From: Felis catus
Lineage: Eukaryota
Reading direction: 5' to 3'
Assembly: GCF_018350175.1 (NCBI RefSeq)
Contig: NC_058385.1
Coordinates: 51,708,001-51,772,000 of the forward strand
Length of the DNA stretch: 64,000 nt
The position numbers and the translations under genes are program-made. Shown piece by piece: positions 60,945-64,000 of the stretch (its first letter is position 1; every line of letters starts with the position of its first letter). The notes beneath the pieces are model-generated. The model had not been told where the DNA came from and made no database searches. It was given only the letters and a program-made list of their open reading frames with translations.

Positions 60945-61570
60945 CTATCAGGATGCTTTTGGTTACAAGCAACAGAAAATCAATCTCAAATTGATTTTAA
61001 TAAAATAAATTCATAGGCAAAGGTGACTGAAATCCAGAGGTAAGCTTGACAAGGTCAGGCTTGATCTGTCTACTTAAAAGATGAGAAAAGGACCCACACT
61101 CATGCTCTCTCCATTTCTCAACTCTACTTTAGTGCTACCTATATTCTGTGGAGGCTTCCTAGTTCATGGTCCCAACATGGTTACCTGGTTCACATTCAGG
61201 TTTCTTTGTGATTAAAATGTCTAGTCTGAAGTAGCCAACAATCTATTATGAATGGTCGAGAACTTGTATCTTATACATGCTATCTCACTGATACTCAGCA
61301 AAGAAGAAAAGTTTTTTCTACTCTCAAACAAAAATCCTGAGCTTTGGCCTAAATGAATCAACTTAGAGCACTTGCCCATTCTTTTCTCAATAAATGTGAC
61401 CTAGGTATGGGGTCATGCCAATTCCTGAGGACTGAGCCAGAGATTCTACTTTTAATTTGGAGGCCAAGTCAGTTACCCTTGAAGCACATGGGTTGCCTTG
61501 GAGTAGGGTGATGTCAGGAAGAGTAATGCGAGTATATGCTAGGTGGCTGAAAGGGCAGATATCCACCAGA
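60945..61570 (-). mobile_element. MLT1J/K-like MaLR LTR
   Basis: tcaggatgctttggttacaagcaacagaaaatcaatctcaaattgattttaa terminal motif. Confidence 0.65.
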
Positions 61571-62504
61571 GTAGTTGTGATTAAATGGGAAACACTGGGT
61601 TTTATATGTATATGTGAGATATATAATTGAAAGAAAGGTAGCTTGAAGTTCACCTTATACTTCTGGAAATTAAATTCAAGGAAGAGCTTATTGAATTAAG
61701 TATTGCCAGAAAAAGGAGTGGGGGAGGAGGAGGAGAAGAGGAAGAGGAAGAAAAAAAGAAAAAGAAAGAAGAAAGTGTTTTCACAGAGACATTACATCCA
61801 GTAATGATTCTCCTAGATTAGGTCAGAAACACCAGTCGAATACTAACTTTTTGTATACGTTTTTGTTTTCTGATGTTTTGATTTAATAGGAGACATGATT
61901 TGGAGAATCTAGAATAGATTGCTAATACATCTATTAGTCTTTCAAATAAAGCCATTTTAAATGCTTGAACAGTATTCTGTTGTGGTTAATTCAAGATTTA
62001 GTTCTCTAAGAAGGGACCATAGCATATAGTATTCTAAGATGTAAAGTAAATCAAAGTTACTTTATACTTAAGACATCAGATCTGAAGTTTCTAACATTCT
62101 ATTATAAATGGCTGAGAACCTGATTCTTAATTCAGTACTGGTGTAGAAAGCCATGTGGCCTGAAAGTGCTCCCAACATCATCCCAACAAATACTTTGAAT
62201 CTTCTCCAGCAACTGAGTCTGAGCCATATGGCAAATTATGAGTGATTTTTAATTAAAAAAAAATGCATTCATTCTTAGAAGAACCCTAGATGGCTTCGGG
62301 GACATCTGGTTTCAAGTAGCATGGCACTCTGCACTCTCAAATAGCTATATTAATTGCCCTATAGAATGCGTTAAGATTAGCTATTTAAATGTTGGGGAAT
62401 GGCTAATAAATATAGTAATTTTAGTTTGGGTGTAATTAATGGTGAACTAATCTTCTAAAAGTAGCCAACCAAATCCAGCTGCTTCTGTCAGATAGAACAG
62501 CAAT

Positions 62505-63020
62505 AGTTAGGATACTAATTTGGCTGTTATAATAAAGGCCAAAAGATTTTCTTTTTGCCCCACACAGCAGTCTGAGGTAGGCAGTCCTGGGCAAATTTTT
62601 CGCTGTCAGTGGTAGAAACTTACTCTAGTTCCTCTGGCATCCTTAATATTCATTTCCCATCCCAAAGTCCAAAAAAAAAGGCTTCTCTAGTGTCCACTCT
62701 AACATCTGCATCCTTACCCGTGAAAAGAAGGGAAAAGAAAAGATGGGCACAGAACTTCCTTTGTAGGAACATGCTTCAAAAGTTGTCGTGTTGCTTCTGT
62801 TCATTTCTCATTGGCCAGAAACTACTTGCTGGACAACTTAGTGCCCAATTAAACCCTCTATCCTTGAAAAAGATGAATACATATAATAGGGAGAGAACTA
62901 GCAGGCTCTGGGACACAGCCTCTGAAGAGGCTACATAACTTCCTATCCACCAAAGCTAAGTTGCATCCACCCAGTTCTCTCAACAAGTGGACCAGGTTGT
63001 CCAAATAGCAACTGTCATGA
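62505..63020 (-). mobile_element. MLT1-type LTR fragments
   Basis: tagttaggatact...ttctgttcatttctcattggccagaact motifs. Confidence 0.5.
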
Positions 63021-63099
63021 ACAGAATATGAGATTTGTGTGCATGAAAATAATGTTTCTACTTCAGATACCATGGGTTATAGAATCCAGCATTTAAAAA

Positions 63100-63800
63100 T
63101 CATTATAATATGCACTGTTTATTTCTGATTTCTAAAAATGCACACTTCTGAAAGTTTGGAAAATACAAAAAAATAGAAGCTAACAATCAACCATTGACTA
63201 GCCACAGATAACCATTGTTAAGAGTTTGGTGTGTTTCCTTTATGGCTTTTCTCCACGAGAATTTTCTTTTTAGTCACATAATTAGACACAGTGTTACATT
63301 TTTTTAACCTAATACTGTACAATTTTCTCACATCATTAAAATGAGACACTAAATATCATTTTTATGTTTGCATTAGTTTAACCTGGAGAAGTACCAGAAT
63401 TTATTCTGTTGCTAGCACTAGATGCTTAGAGTTTCCAGTCTTTGTTGTATTAATAATGCTACTATGAACATCTTTTTGCATAAATTTTTGTCTGCATTTT
63501 GAATTATTAGAATAGAATCTTAAAAATGAAATGGAATCAGAAGGTGAGAAAATTTTAAATGCTCTAGATCTAGATTGCTAAGCCACTTTCCACAAAGGAT
63601 ATTGAAAATGTCTACAACTTGTTCTTCTAGTCTCATTCATATCACCCTCACTAACATTTTTATAATTAAATAAATGAAATTTGCCTTATTTGATAAAGCA
63701 CATTCACAGACCCTCTATGAACTGGTGAACTTGAGTATGGTTTCATGTGTACCCAGCAATATTTTCATGTCTACATTAAATTCTATTATTTTGGTCATTT
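63100..63800 (-). mobile_element. Old L1ME-type fragment
   Basis: cagataaccattgttaagagtttggtg...taataatgctactatgaacatctttttgcataaatttttg. Confidence 0.7.
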
Positions 63801-64000
63801 ATTCATCCCCTGTTTTAATGCAAATTTAAACTCTCATGTGACTGAGTCACTAAAGCTGCTTCAAAATGAATTACAGTATCTCACTTAATGACACCTGCTT
63901 TGAATGGCATACATTTAATTTAATGATACCAACCAACTTGATTCAGCCCAAGAATCTTGAACAATATATATTTTTGAAAAAGAGCAGGTATTGAATTACT

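Larger units (their letters stand above)
12134..64000 (+). other. OXR1: OXR1 intron downstream of the exon (end lies outside the window)
   Basis: GT donor at 12134; the next exon (DTGQKKTLDKKDG...) was not found in the window, consistent with the known very long OXR1 5' introns. Confidence 0.8.

Overview
Mammalian (Felidae) genomic DNA, identified from the dense feline Can-SINEs (SINEC_Fc types) and feline L1 3' ends. It is a draft assembly with three N-gaps. The only protein-coding sequence I can support is one 197-bp internal exon of OXR1 (oxidation resistance 1) on the + strand at 11937-12133 (LKKKSQSVDITAPGFNPLAGAGK...PSRRSELKRFYTI). Everything else is the very long intronic sequence on either side, filled with SINEs, L1/L2/MIR fragments, MaLR/ERV LTRs, MER DNA-transposon relics and microsatellites. 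Almost every entry in the ORF track is a spurious ORF over repeats or N-runs. I see no new multi-gene system. The most interesting signals are structural or regulatory: (1) an L1 with both a twin-priming inversion and an apparent 3' transduction, beside a mutated poly(A) signal; (2) a perfect 39-bp inverted repeat that looks like a locally templated insertion with a 9-bp duplication; (3) a young-looking betaretrovirus-like solo LTR with a duplicated AP-1-bearing U3, pointing antisense at the OXR1 exon; (4) a sense L1 tail with AATAAA about 70 nt upstream of the exon; (5) a SINE nested antisense in a SINE, forming a long hairpin; (6) a candidate frame-preserving 18-nt microexon; (7) an E-box plus double D-box cluster. 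Repeat family names come from recalled consensus motifs, not from a database search, and the boundaries of old repeats are approximate.
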